Shown here: positions 43,729-56,275 of the stretch, in pieces
Layout: each line of letters begins with the position of its first letter
Position numbering within the stretch: position 1 is the first letter of the stretch
Origin: Utricularia gibba
Taxonomy: Eukaryota > Plantae > Magnoliophyta
NCBI GenBank assembly: GCA_002189035.1
Contig: NEEC01000007.1
Coordinates: 1,550,001-1,614,000, forward strand
Length of the DNA stretch: 64,000 bases
Reading direction: 5' to 3'
Made by a program: the position numbers and the translations under genes
Notes under the pieces: generated by a model
What the model saw: the letters and a program-made list of their open reading frames with translations, nothing else
Databases searched by the model: none
What the model was told of the DNA's origin: nothing

Positions 43729-44008
43729 TGTCAGAGGAATCTCCTCTGCATCTTCGTCCCCGTTGCTGTTTCTCTTTACCTTTCCACGGTGTTATGATTG
43801 AGGAAAGTGACATGTCCTTCAAATTGAGTACTTTCCAACCATCCGCAGAAGGAAGGTCAAAGTCACCAACAATTTGTACGCGGAGTTGAATACATTGAAT
43901 CCATCTCATCCGTAGCACACGACCAAAAAACACCAGTACGGAGGGTATGGACATTTATCACAGAAGAAAACAAAAGCATTGGTTGGCTGCGCGTGGCGCC
44001 GAGCTTGC

Positions 44009-44652
44009 TTAGAAGCTCCAGAGAGACATTTCGTACCCATCATCCACGTCATCATAGTACTGCGGCGTCAATGTCGGCGGAGGCGGGGCAGCATCAGCCC
44101 CTCCGCCATGTTCGTCAGCAGCCCATGCATCCCGAAAACCGTGTCCTCGATCTCATCGTTGAAGTACGACGCCTGCTCTGGAGACTCCACGGCAGGCACA
44201 TATGAGGACGAGTTCGGCGAATCGTGCTCCTGCTGCACCTCCCGCGGCCTGAAAGCTTCAGCCGCCTCCGCCGCCGCCCTCTGGATATCCTTCGGGTCAG
44301 TAGAAGCGGGAACCGGCAACCGCCACGCCGAATCCGCGAAATTCAGACACGCGGATCTCCCCCTCAATGCCATCGCTGCCACATCGTGTGCACGAGCCGC
44401 CATCTCGACGGTCGGGAACGTCCCCAGCCAAATCCGCGTCTTCTTATTCGGTTCCCTCACTTCGCAGACCCACTTCCCAGAGCTCCTCCGCCGCACTCCT
44501 CGGTAGACCGGGTGGCGCGTCTCTTGGAACTTCTTTCTCCCAGCCTTCTTCTTGGGATTTTCCGATGCCAACATCAGTTCCTCGTCGCAGAAATCAGGCC
44601 TCCCCTGTTCCACCCAGTAGCCAGCATACCCATTCCCAAATGTGTATTCCAT
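44009..44652 (-). CDS. CBF: CBF/DREB1 AP2 transcription factor; apparent 1-nt frameshift at 44085-44088
   Basis: [16 protein letters not shown] and DSAWR signatures flank the AP2 domain. Restoring one base gives the C-terminal MSLWSF* motif. TATAAA at 44718-44723. Confidence 0.95.
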
Positions 44653-45274
44653 CCCGATCGCAGACCTTTCTTCTCCAGAAGAAGCTCCGTGAGTGAGTGT
44701 GAAGAAATGATTGAGCATTTATAGGGGTGGGGAGGAAGCTTCGACAGGATATGATATGATATGTCTGCGGATTAAACGCGAAAACACGGAAACCCTCAAT
44801 GTTACAGGCTGGGAAGAAGTGGGGCATGCAAAGCTGGAAACCGCCCACGCCAGTCCTGTCTTTTTCACCTGGAACTGCCACGTGTGCGTTGTCTTTATAT
44901 CCACTCCCCAAGTTAACCAAGTCGTCAATTTCACAGTCAAGTCTCTCGACACGTGGCTTACATCCGACCTGCAGCTCGCGAAATCGTACGGCTTGCGTGG
45001 AATCAACCGTCATTTCTACTCATTCCTTCGTATTGATGAATAAAATCACCACATTGCCTATTTCTTGTATCCATCCCCATCCAAAATGACTTTCATTTTT
45101 ACATTTCCGTACATCTATGCTCCAAATTCGTGCTTTTTTTTATTAAAATTCAATTTTTTTTAGAAAAAGTGCAATTTTTGATTTTTAATTTTTTTTAATT
45201 TCTGATTATGGTGATGAAATTTAAAAAAGAAAAAGTAAGAAGGATGAGGATGAGGAGGTGGCAGCTGTATCATC

Positions 45275-45406
45275 CACGTGTCATCCGTACAGGCGTGTGA
45301 CAGTTAATAATCTGTTGGACGGGCCGTTGGTTGCCGAACCGCGTTGACCGTATGTCCGATTGCACAGTCACGTGCGCGTGCTGCTAGCTCATTCACACCG
45401 CACGTG
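45275..45406. promoter_or_regulatory. Distal cis-element cluster upstream of CBF: 3 G-boxes, 2 CAMTA-type CGCG boxes, 1 W-box
   Basis: CACGTG at 45275, 45369 and 45401; CCGCGT at 45339; GCGCGT at 45374; TTGACC at 45344. Proximal G-boxes also at 44879 and 44950. Confidence 0.6.
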
Positions 45407-45789
45407 TGTTGAATTGCTGACCCGTACGGGATTCATGAAATTTGGGGTGCAAAATGATATTATGCGTAAAGTTTAGGGTGTCTAGAGAATATATGAAATT
45501 CCCCACAATCTTTTAGAACAACAGCATTGTAGATATGAAGATCTTTTAAGATGGTAAGATTGTGTAAATGCGAATTTCATTCTCAGATTCATTTCCATTA
45601 AATGTATTCTGAAAAATTAAACTAAACTAACATTTCTTCAATTCTAAAAAGAAAAAGGGTGGAATACAAACACCAATTACTATAACTTGTTCAATACCAA
45701 GCAATTTCTATCTCCCCATAGTCATTTTTTTTCACCTTTCTCCATCCAAAAAGTGACCATGTCTTCCACTTTTCGCAATACTCTCCTCA

Positions 45790-48005
45790 ATGGCCGGTGC
45801 AAATGAGGTTTTAGAGTCGTGGAAGTCAAGTTTTTCAATTCAGTAGTCCCCTCCAGTCGAGGGAATTTGTGCATCCATCGTTATCATTCTTGCTGTTGAG
45901 AGCGTATCTTCCTTGGCCACGGTTGCAGCAACTGATAAACAAGAGATATCAGCAGGTTTGAGCTTTGAGTTCATGAAAATTATATAGTTTGTTGGATGCT
46001 GCTCTCTCCTGTTTCTAGGTTCTAGTTTCTGCTCATTTCCTTTCTTTATGGCGTTTAAAGTTGACATGGGTTTATTGAAACGAAACCCTAAATTCGTATT
46101 GTGTAGTTTTCTGCCTGAAAATACTAGAAAAAGTGGAACTTGTTCATGAAACTCAACGTACGTGGCTCGGATTGAGTAGTTTTGTCCCTGAAACTATAGT
46201 TCGTGCTACGACCCTTTACATTTAGATTTGAGAATCGCCCTAAGCTTCATAATTGTAGATTTTTTTAAAAGATTATCAGATTTTAAATCATGATATTGTG
46301 AAGATAATCGAATAAGGAAATAAATTTACCCTAAAATATTTGGTATAATTTTCTTGGAATTCCCATCTGCAACTGCAAATGCATAGATGCCTTGTGGGAA
46401 TTCAGCTTCTACTGAGTTCCATTAGCTTCACTGGTGATCAGACTTCTTCTGAAGGGATGACGACTAATCCAAGCAACGGCCATGGTTCCTCCTCGGAGAC
46501 AGTAACTTCAATGAAGAAGATAATAGAAGTTGAGGAAGAAGGAAGCGTTTCTATAGAGAAGACTGCGACGGCGAGCTCGTCTGTAGCCGCGAGCAACCGG
46601 AACGATCGAAAGAAGGAATCAAGTCGAAAAGGGAAGAGCTCATTATCTTTTTCACAGAGAAAACCCAAGATCATTTGGACAAATTCATTGCATAACCATT
46701 TCTTGGAAGCCCTAAGGAGCATTGGCCTCGAGAGTAAGCTTTCTTGTTTGTGCACATAAATGTGAATAATAAAAAATTGTATTTTTCTGAAACAAGAAAA
46801 TAAAAAATTCAAGACTATTTTTTTCAAAGATTGTTTTTTATTTTATTTTATTTGTGCACAGGAGCTGTCCCAAAGAGGATTCTTGAGGTGATGAATGTTC
46901 CAGGGTTAACTAGAGAAAATGTTGCTAGCCACCTCCAGGTTTTCTGATCCTTATTTTGGATTATGTTTCACTAATTAAAATACTACATTTATACATTTCT
47001 AGTTGCCTGGGGCTTCATGAATTTACATATGAAAACAACCCTGCAGAAATACAGAATCTTCCTAAAGAGAGTGAGTGATGCAAGCATCAAGATGCAAAAT
47101 CGCGTTGGAGACGCGCCGAGCTTATGGCCTTGTAATGCAGTTCCTGCCCCTTGTTTTAAGGTTTCGCCCCGCCGTCCGATGGAGTCTCCGGTGAAAGCCT
47201 CCGTTTCTAAGTGTGTAGAAGCTTCTTCCATGAGAAGCTCTAGCTTCATTCCTGCTCAGGTACTCCGACAACCCCGAGTGAGGACCTAATGCGTTGCATG
47301 CATTCTTTTTAACGTACTAAATCACGCTTTACTTATCAGCTTGATCATTCTCTCGCTTGGAGCAATCAACAGACACCAATCAGCTCAATGAATTCCGGCG
47401 ATGTCTCCAGCAACCCAATGGCTTGCTTCAGTAACCAAATGTTGAACAATCATCACCCTAGTTTCCCTGCAATAGAGAGAAATGCACTGTTGAGCTGGGA
47501 TTCGTTGGCGAATTTCGGGTTCCCTTCATGTGATTTGGAGAGCATCAATCATGTTGCTGGATCAGGGCAGCCAGAGAAAAACAAAGGCCTGGATTCCTCT
47601 CCCTGTTCAGTATTTTTTACCAGAGATCAACTTGGTCAGCACACGGGGTTGCCTGGTTCTCCCCCGGACAACAGTGGCGAAGGACTCCTCTCTGATGTTG
47701 TTGCGGAATACGGCTTCCGTGTGCAGAACATCCAAAGAATCAATCACCAAAGCGACGGGGCATTGAAATCTGATCTATTCACTGCTTCTTCAGATCACAG
47801 AAGCCTACAAAATGAGGTACGCTACTAAACCATTATCCACAATGCAGCATTTTACATTGTTTTGGTAACAACTCTAAACATCAGTGGCGTCATTCTTCAG
47901 CAAAATGAAGAGGAAATGGCGCCTCCATGTTGCACAAATTGCGACGACTTCAATGACTGGGAGAGCCTTCTGCAGTCCCTTGGTCAACCTAATTACCAGG
48001 CATGA
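45790..48005 (+). CDS. Type-B response-regulator-like GARP (Myb-like B-motif) gene with a decayed receiver domain; possibly a partial pseudogene
   Basis: Intact [24 protein letters not shown] / [25 protein letters not shown] / KYRIFL. Upstream exon 45790-45955 is receiver-like but has an in-frame TAG at 45844. The confident coding part starts near 46379. Confidence 0.75.
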
Positions 48006-48955
48006 TTACTACTACTTCCCATGGTTTGGCATCAACCTCCTCGTAAAAATCCATGGTTTGCGGCACAGTAGACAACATTTGATGAACTAAATGACAGGTC
48101 TGAGAGATTTCTACGTCAAGTGTGACTGATTCAGCTGAAATATGTACAACAAGACTTGTTTGGCATAGAAGTACAGACAGCATTGTGTTTTATATGCAAC
48201 ATTTCTTGTAAACTAAAAAACAAAAACAACATAATTCTTTCCGCAATTACTTCTGTCGAATCGAGGAAACGTAGATGTGAACTGAAGAAACAGAGGTTCT
48301 AGTTGCTTATAGTATCATTTAGAAAAATGATTACTGTCACATTCTATCTCAAACACTTGTCAAAAAAATACATATACTATGTCCATTTCTTTCATAATGT
48401 ATGACACATGTCCAAATTGATCATTTGTCCATGATCCACTTCCTCGTCAACGGGGCCCACTCACCTAGGGGTAAATTTGTAATATACACATTCTGGTTTT
48501 TTTTTTTGTGTTTGAATGTGAATTCATTTAAAACCCACATACAAAACCATTTAATGTGTATACTAGTGTTGTAAAGATCACATAAACTCATTATTATATT
48601 CAATGATGGATTTGAGTTGACTCCAGTGTAATAATTTTTTAAATATGTTTTAAAATATTTAGAAAAATAAGATCTGCTTGTTTAAATGAATTTAACTTAT
48701 TGCCCAATTTATTACAGATATGAGTTGAAGGTGATGTAGCCGACCCATGATTTTTAAACAATCGTGTATACATCCCACATGAAAAACGTGGTGTAATGGG
48801 AATACGTGTGCTGGAATTAATTCTGTTACGAAAAAACCAGCCAATCAGAGTACGCCACTTCCAAGTGTCTACAAGTAGACCTGGGCATGAAGGCCATTTC
48901 ATCACTCAACCCGCTTGTTTTTTTTATCTTATCCATTTCTAGGCATTCAAAAAGC

Positions 48956-50616
48956 ATGCTGTTACTACGACAACAACAACAGCAGCAGCAGCAGCAAAAT
49001 AAGGAGGAGGAGAAGGAGAAGCTCGAACTAACATTGCTCGATAACACGATGAAGTCTCTTCCAGCAACCGATTCTACCGTTGACTCTGAACCAGTTGATC
49101 CAACAGTTGAATCCTCCGTCCTCTTCGTTACCTTGATCCCGAAAACAACGCCCGCGGCGGCGGTGGAGGAGGATGAGGAGGAGATGGGCGGGGTAGTGTT
49201 AAGGGAATCTGTGGCTTTATGCAGGCTTGCTTTCCCGATGATTCTCACTGGTCTGTTGCTCTACTCAAGGTCCATGATTTCGATGCTCTTTCTTGGGAGA
49301 CTGGGAGATTTGCCTCTCGCGGGAGGCGCCTTGGCCATCGGATTTGCCAACATCACCGGCTACTCTGTTCTATCCGGGCTTGCCTCAGGGATGGAGCCTC
49401 TCTGTTCGCAAGCTTATGGTGCAAAAAGGTTCACTCTTCTCGGACTGACTCTCCAGAGAACCATCCTTTTACTTCACCTTGTTTGTCTGCCCATTTCCCT
49501 CCTATGGCTCAATGTCCACAAGATTCTCATTTTTTTCCGACAAGATGCCACCATTGCAGCGCAAGCTCAAGCTTATCTGATCTACTCTTTACCTGATCTT
49601 TTCGCACAATCCCTCCTGCATCCTCTCAGGATCTACCTTAGGACCCAATCCATTACCCTACCCTTGACTTTTTGTGCTGCGGGTGCGATTCTATTACATG
49701 TTCCGATCAACTATTTTCTCGTTCTGAAGATGGGGCTGGGGATAAGAGGGGTGGCGTTGGGTGGGGTTTGGACAAACTTCAACGTCCTTCTGTCGCTTCT
49801 TTTGTACATTTTAGTGTCCAAAGTGTACGAGAAAACGTGGGGAGGGGTGTCGGTGGAAGCTTTCAAAGAGTGGAAAAGGCTACTAACTTTGGCAATCCCG
49901 AGCTGCGCCTCCGTCTGCTTAGAGTGGTGGTGGTACGAAATCATGATTCTTCTCTGTGGACTTCTTTTGAACCCCAAATTGACCGTCGCTTCAATGGGGA
50001 TCTTGATTCAGACGACGGCATTGATCTACATATTCCCCAACTCGTTGAGCTCCAGCGTTTCCACGCGTGTTGGGAACGAGATAGGGGCCGGGAGGACGGA
50101 GAAAGCCAGACGCGCCGCCATGGTGGGCCTCTCGATGAGCTTCTTGCTCGGTTTTGCCGCCCTCAGTTTGGCTTTCTCAGTGAGGAACATATGGGCGGGT
50201 ATGTTCACGAGTGACCAGGAGATTGCGCGGTTGACGGCTATGGTTTTGCCCATAATTGGTCTTTGCGAGCTCGGAAACTGCCCCAGACTACGGGGTGCGG
50301 CGTTCTCCGGGGTACGGCGCGCCCCCGGGTGGGAGCCAACATAAACTTGGGGTGCTTTTATCTCGTCGGAATGCCGGTGGCGGTTGGGCTGGCTTTCTAT
50401 TACGGCATGGATTTTGAAGGACTGTGGTTGGGCCTCCTGGCGGCGCAGGCGTCGTGTGCCGTTACAATGATGGTGGTTTTGATGAGGACAGATTGGGACC
50501 TTGAGGCGGAGAGGGCGGCGGAGCTGACCACAAAATGCCCCGGCAGCGGCTGCACCCTCCATGAAAACGTCGCTGATGGGATCAAGCTCAAACCCCTCGG
50601 AGATTGCATGTGCTAA
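48956..50616 (+). CDS. DTX: MATE/DTX efflux transporter, intronless DTX48-52 clade; apparent 1-nt frameshift at 50281-50284
   Basis: [43 protein letters not shown] [shift] [20 protein letters not shown]; N-terminal Q9 tract. Confidence 0.93.
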
Positions 50617-51121
50617 TTAAAAAAATTCATATATGTTTTTTTTTGTCCAAAAGGGGAAGTGAACCGATTTTAGCAGCACTTGCAGGTTACCAATTCGCGG
50701 AGGGTCAAACATGTAATTAAATATTTTATAAAATTCACAAGTAAAAAAATAAAGGATAAAAATAGTCTTCGACTTTTTTTCTTTTTTAATCATTTATTGG
50801 AATTAGAAGTCAACCAGCAGGCTACAACACTATGGTTTTGATGAGTGAGAGTTGGAGCCCCAATGATCATGCTTGCAAGAAAGAACAATGTATTTAGTCA
50901 GATCATCCTTATTTTATTTCTAACACACCAAAATAAAAAATTAATATTAAAATTAATCAATTTTTTTTACATATACAATACAATTGTTTGAACAAATAGT
51001 ATTAAAAAATAAAATAAAATAATCAATTATATAAAAAATAATAAATTTTAGTTAAATCTAATTTTTTCTAATATTATCTATATTTATTATATAGTTAGAT
51101 TTTACTTGTCCTGTACATTAA

Positions 51122-51344
51122 GAATGTGTTTGATAGAGATGATAAATGGAAATGATTAAATGAAAAAAGAAAAATAATATATTTGATAGGTGAGATAAAT
51201 TATATTCAAGATAAATTATACCATGAATGTAGGATAAAATAATGAGAAGAGATAGATTAAGATAAAATTATACTGTTATATAACTTTTATTTATATACCA
51301 CCTCTTATTCTTAATATTAATTTATCCATGTACCAAAAACACAC
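51122..51344. mobile_element. Degenerate Tourist-like MITE
   Basis: GAATGTGTTTGATA ... TACCAAAAACACAC flanked by TAA on both sides; shares TGTGTTTGATAG with the 24341 element. Confidence 0.42.
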
Positions 51345-53126
51345 TAAGTAATTAATTTTAACAACAATTATTAATTCTAGGGTGAGAATTCCTCCCCATT
51401 AATTTATACGCCAAACTGGTTATTGATAGGCGATGCACCATTACGCCAAGAAAAAAAATTAAAGCATTCACATGTTAGTCCACAAGCACGTAAAATTTGT
51501 CATACATTTAATGTGCAATTAATTTCATTTATATATCGTGTTACCTTGAACCTTTCATCTCATAAGCACATTTGTGTATCGATAAACATTATTCGCGTAT
51601 ATCGTGTGTTAATGTCAAACATGATCCTTTTGCTATCAAATTCTTCAACTGTCGCTAAATGTAATTTAGAAGTAGTAGATGCTCAAGTATTAACTATTAG
51701 AATAAAACGATATCATATCGAAAGATAAATGTGAAATAATGAATTGTATAAAAGATTTTAATTTATTATTAATCGATTGGATATTTAATGTTTTCTAATA
51801 TTATTTACAGTGTTAAATATTCGGATTTTACATATAAGCACTTAATTCATCAACTCGTTAATTTCCATATTAGCGATTATTGATAAGTCCCAATGGTTAC
51901 TCAGTGTAAGTATTCTCCTTTCTTCTTTAGTCTTTGAAGTTTGGCATCGAGTATTTCACTGAGTGATTAAACAAGCGCGATCGGAAAGAGGCAAGATTCG
52001 GCCGGCATTGGGTGATTTACTTTGATGGAATTTCATGGTCGATTGGAAGGGAGGCTCGGAATAGCCCCGAGCTGTGTTTCGACAGTTGGAGGTGTTAGAA
52101 GATGCATAAACCCTCTACAGAGTTGAAGTCAAAAGAAAGGATTCATCTCCTGGCATGAACGGCATGATTCAACATTGTGAGGCTGGTATTAGGTTGGATT
52201 GCCATGTCCTCGTGAAGAAGGTTGAGGAAGTCGGACACTCTACTCATAGCCCTTTCGTGAATCGGCCGCGAGAATCCTTTGAACTCTCAACCAGACAATC
52301 TAGCCATGCATTGTTCATCAATGATAGGCATATCCTCGGCCGCAACGAAACAAGGAAAATCACACCCTTGAACTAGGGGTGTTGAAAAATCAGAGAAGCT
52401 ACTTCAAAAGTGACGATCCACGTACTGGCCCAAGAACATCTAGGAGCTGATTCAGGCCACTTGAATTCCCAAAGGTAAAAAAGAAAAAGCGAAAGGGAGA
52501 CAAAAGCGTGCGAAATGCAATAAAGGATGACGAAAGAGAGGAAGGATGGGCATTTCGGCCATTTCACAACCCAACAAAATTCATCACCTTCTACAGTTCG
52601 GTGATCTGAAAATCATCAGCAGCAAATGTTCCCAAAAGTTGGTAAACAGAGGGGCGGTGGGGGGAGGACCTGCGCGTAGGGGCCCCAAATCTATCTCCGT
52701 CAATTATTGGGGGCCGGATGTTCAATTTCAATTTCTTTTGTTTTCTGGAAGTACCATTTTTGTCTTTTAACATGAGTTGTCGCCACCGATCTCTTCAGTT
52801 GTTGGTTATTTCTGCAATAAAAAACACAGTGACTGTCGTGGATTGTTTTGATGTGAATGAAATTTTTTTGAAATGAGCGTGAAAAATGTTATCTTTTTGT
52901 TTATTTGTTTCCCTTGAAAGCACCACAGGGCACCATCTTTTTTCCTTGTCCAAGAATTAGATACAGACTGCTCAATCCACTATTCACCCACAAACTTTTG
53001 TCCGCTGGAAAATGTGAAGCGACTTTTGACCCAAATTTCGTGACTTGGTGGATCTAATAGAAACTGAAAAAGACCCGGAGACTTATCGGTTTGAAGGAAC
53101 GCGGAAACAAGAATATCGTTTGATCC

Positions 53127-55811
53127 ATGGGGAATTCATTTGGGTGCTCTGCATCGGGCGAGCGATTGGTTTCAGCTGCGAGAGATGGGGATTTTGTGGA
53201 GGCCAAGATGCTTTTGGAGTACAATCCGTGCCTTGCTAAGTACTCTACATTTGGCGGATTGAACTCGCCGCTTCATTTCGCTGCTGCGAAAGGCCACAAC
53301 GAGGTGAAGCATAAGGTTCTTTTTTTTTTTTTGAGGGGAAAAGAAGATTGATTTTTAATACCGCCCATTTCATGTTCAGATCGTAGCGTTGTTGCTGCAG
53401 AATGGAGCTGATGTGAATTCTAAAAATTATTGTGGGCAGGTGCACCATTTTGCTCTTTCTTTCTTTTTGTAGTCGGTTTACTGCATTAGGATTTTTTTGG
53501 AAGAAAAATGGCATGGCTATGAAATTGCTTTACTCGGTGTCATTTATTGCCATATAATGAGTTGTAGAAACTGAATACGGACGGTGAAAATTTTGTTTCA
53601 TGGTTAGAAGAAATATTTCTATGTTTAAGAAAGCAATGGATCATTGGTGCAGACAGCGTTGATGCAAGCTTGTCGATATGGACACTGGGAAGTTGTTCAG
53701 ACACTTCTTCTGTACAGATGCAACGTATGATTCATCTGGAATTTCTTGATTTGCTTCTTATGCTGTCCTTTTGTTTTCATTTTTTATTTGTGTATTTTTA
53801 GGTCACAAGATCGGATTATTTGAGTGGAAGAACCGCTCTTCATTTCGCTGCTGTCAATGGGCATGTCCGGTGTATGAGATTAGTTGTTGCTGATTTTGTT
53901 CCCAGTATTCCATTTGAATCTCTAAAGGAGCAAACGTTAAGTGATGGCTGTAATGCTAAAACCAGGTTCGTGGAAAGTTTTAGCATTTTCTTCCTTGATT
54001 ATGCATGGCATCTATATGAAGTTGCAAATGTTTGTATTGTTTTATGGGTGTCTCAAGTAATTGATGATGGATATATTTGTCATAAGAATGTTAGACTTTG
54101 TAGCGACAGGCCGATAAGATGAGTGTGACTGCTCCATCTCATTTTCTTAGTGTGGATGATGTGAAATATATGTGGCTGGTAATCAGAACACAAGGCTTGT
54201 GTATTTCAGACAGGGTCAGCCTCTACCACATTGACCTCTTCATTAGGGCCTAATTATATGTTTTTTTTCGACAAGAACCTCGTTTGTAATTTTCTACTGA
54301 TGATGATGATGATGTAGTGTACTTCTTCTTCTCTTGCAGTGGCCTGTTCAAGTTTATAAACAAAGCTGCTGATGGTGGCATTACAGCTCTTCACATTGCA
54401 TCCTTGAATGGATACTTCGATTGTGTACAGCTCTTACTTGATCTTCGTGCCAATGTATCTGCTGCTACATTCCATTATGGGACTTCAATGGATTTAATAG
54501 GTGTGCTTTTCTCGCTATACTTCAATTCACAGGCAACTAAATCCGCTTATTATCATTTTTTTCTTATTGTTCTAGGGGCTGGGAGCACTCCTCTGCATTA
54601 TGCTGCTTGTGGAGGAAACTTAAAATGCTGTCTGGTGATGATTCTATTTATTTTGCAGGTTCTTTCCCCAAGCAACTAATGTGAATCACTTCTCTTCTCC
54701 TTTCAGATCCTCCTTTCAAATGGTGCAAGTCGCTTATCATTGAACTGTAATGGGTAAACCTCCCTTCATGCACATGTTTTGAGGTAGATACCTGCATTTC
54801 GATATGGAAACTGATAAACATCCACTCTGGTTCAGGTGGCTTCCCGTTGATGTTGCAAGGATGTGGGGGCGTACTTGGCTTCAGCCTCTGCTCGATCCGA
54901 ATTCGGACATGACGATACCCGTTTTTCCACCTTCAAATTATTTATCTTTACCACTCATGAGTGTGCTTGATATTGCAAGGTGATATGAAAGTATTAGTAT
55001 TGTTTTCTTGCTCTTTGAACAAGTGAAGGCTTTATGTGCAGTGAAGAATTAAATGATCGCACAGTTTATTCATCAATAAAAATGGCTTTCTGCTTCAGGG
55101 ACTGTGGGATGCAATACTCCGCCAGTGCTTCTGATGATTCCGAAATCTGTGCGGTTTGCTTGGAAAGAGCCTGCAGTGTAGCAGCGCAAGGTGCGCTTCC
55201 TGTATATAGACCAGGTTCCTTGCTGAGTTTCATTGAGAACTGTGAAGTTGAGGTGATCTCCATTTTCAGGTTGCTCACATGAGCTCTGCATCAGCTGTGC
55301 ATTATACCTCTGCTCAACCAGCAACGTGCCTTCAGAATCGTCAATCCACCTGGATCCATTCCCTGTCCTCTTTGCCGCCATGGGATCATTTCTTTCCTCA
55401 AGCTTCCAGGTTCATCGACCAGGGAAGTTAAAATGCCATCATCCCGGAACTTGTGTACACCCTGTATGACTCACACCAGAGAGCAGGACTCAAGTCATCC
55501 CGATGATTCCCCTGATGTGCGAAAGAGGCGGACAGAGTGTGATACTCCTGACATGCTGTGCCCAGTCACCTGCGGGCCGTTTCCTTCTGTTGCGATCCCA
55601 TTGTGCACTTGCAATGAAGGGCCATGTCCTAATTTTTGCCCCCAAGATGGTGGCCGCGAAGAAGAAGAAACCCCCGACGTTCCCAATCCATGCCAAACGA
55701 GCAGGAGAAAGCGGGGGAATGAGATTGGAGAAAACTACATGTTCCAGCATGTTTTGGGGGAGAAGAAGCTACAGCAGGGAGCACCGTTGCAATGCTGAGA
55801 TCAACGCCTGA
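53127..55811 (+). CDS. XBAT33: Ankyrin-repeat RING E3 ligase XBAT33-like; two apparent 1-nt frameshifts (55671-55675, 55713-55717)
   Basis: [22 protein letters not shown], ankyrin repeats, [19 protein letters not shown]-terminal [19 protein letters not shown]. Confidence 0.92.
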
Positions 55812-56275
55812 AGGTGATTCTGATCCACCCTTCACTTGAAATTGCCGGTCGACCGGCGGCAGCAGTTGGCTAACTTGTTTTCGTACAGCAGGTGCCCATT
55901 TGAAACGAGTAGGAAGGAGCTTTTAGAAATCTCACATGGTGGCATTAGCCGCGACTGGCAACACATCTCAGCGTTGCATGTATGGAAGGTCGCTTGTGAA
56001 AAGGGAGACGATGATCTTGTGTTTTTTTTTTCTTCTTTTTTTTTTAAATAAATTATTTGAAAATTTAGAAAATACAAAACAATCACTCTCATTTACGAGC
56101 ATGGATAAGCCAGTGTGTTAGAACATCGTCCTAGAAGACACCTTGTAAACGGAGAAGCAGTGTTACAGGTCACGGTGCCGCCTTGTCGTCTGGTTCAGCT
56201 TGGGGGCCAAGTAGCTTGGAATCCACCGCCGCCGTCCAGGTGTGTGTAATGTAACACCGCGTGTACCGGAGAAAA

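Noticed and set aside
44653-44718. N-terminal extension of CBF from the ATG at 44718
   Set aside because: That ATG overlaps the TATA box, so it lies upstream of the likely transcription start.
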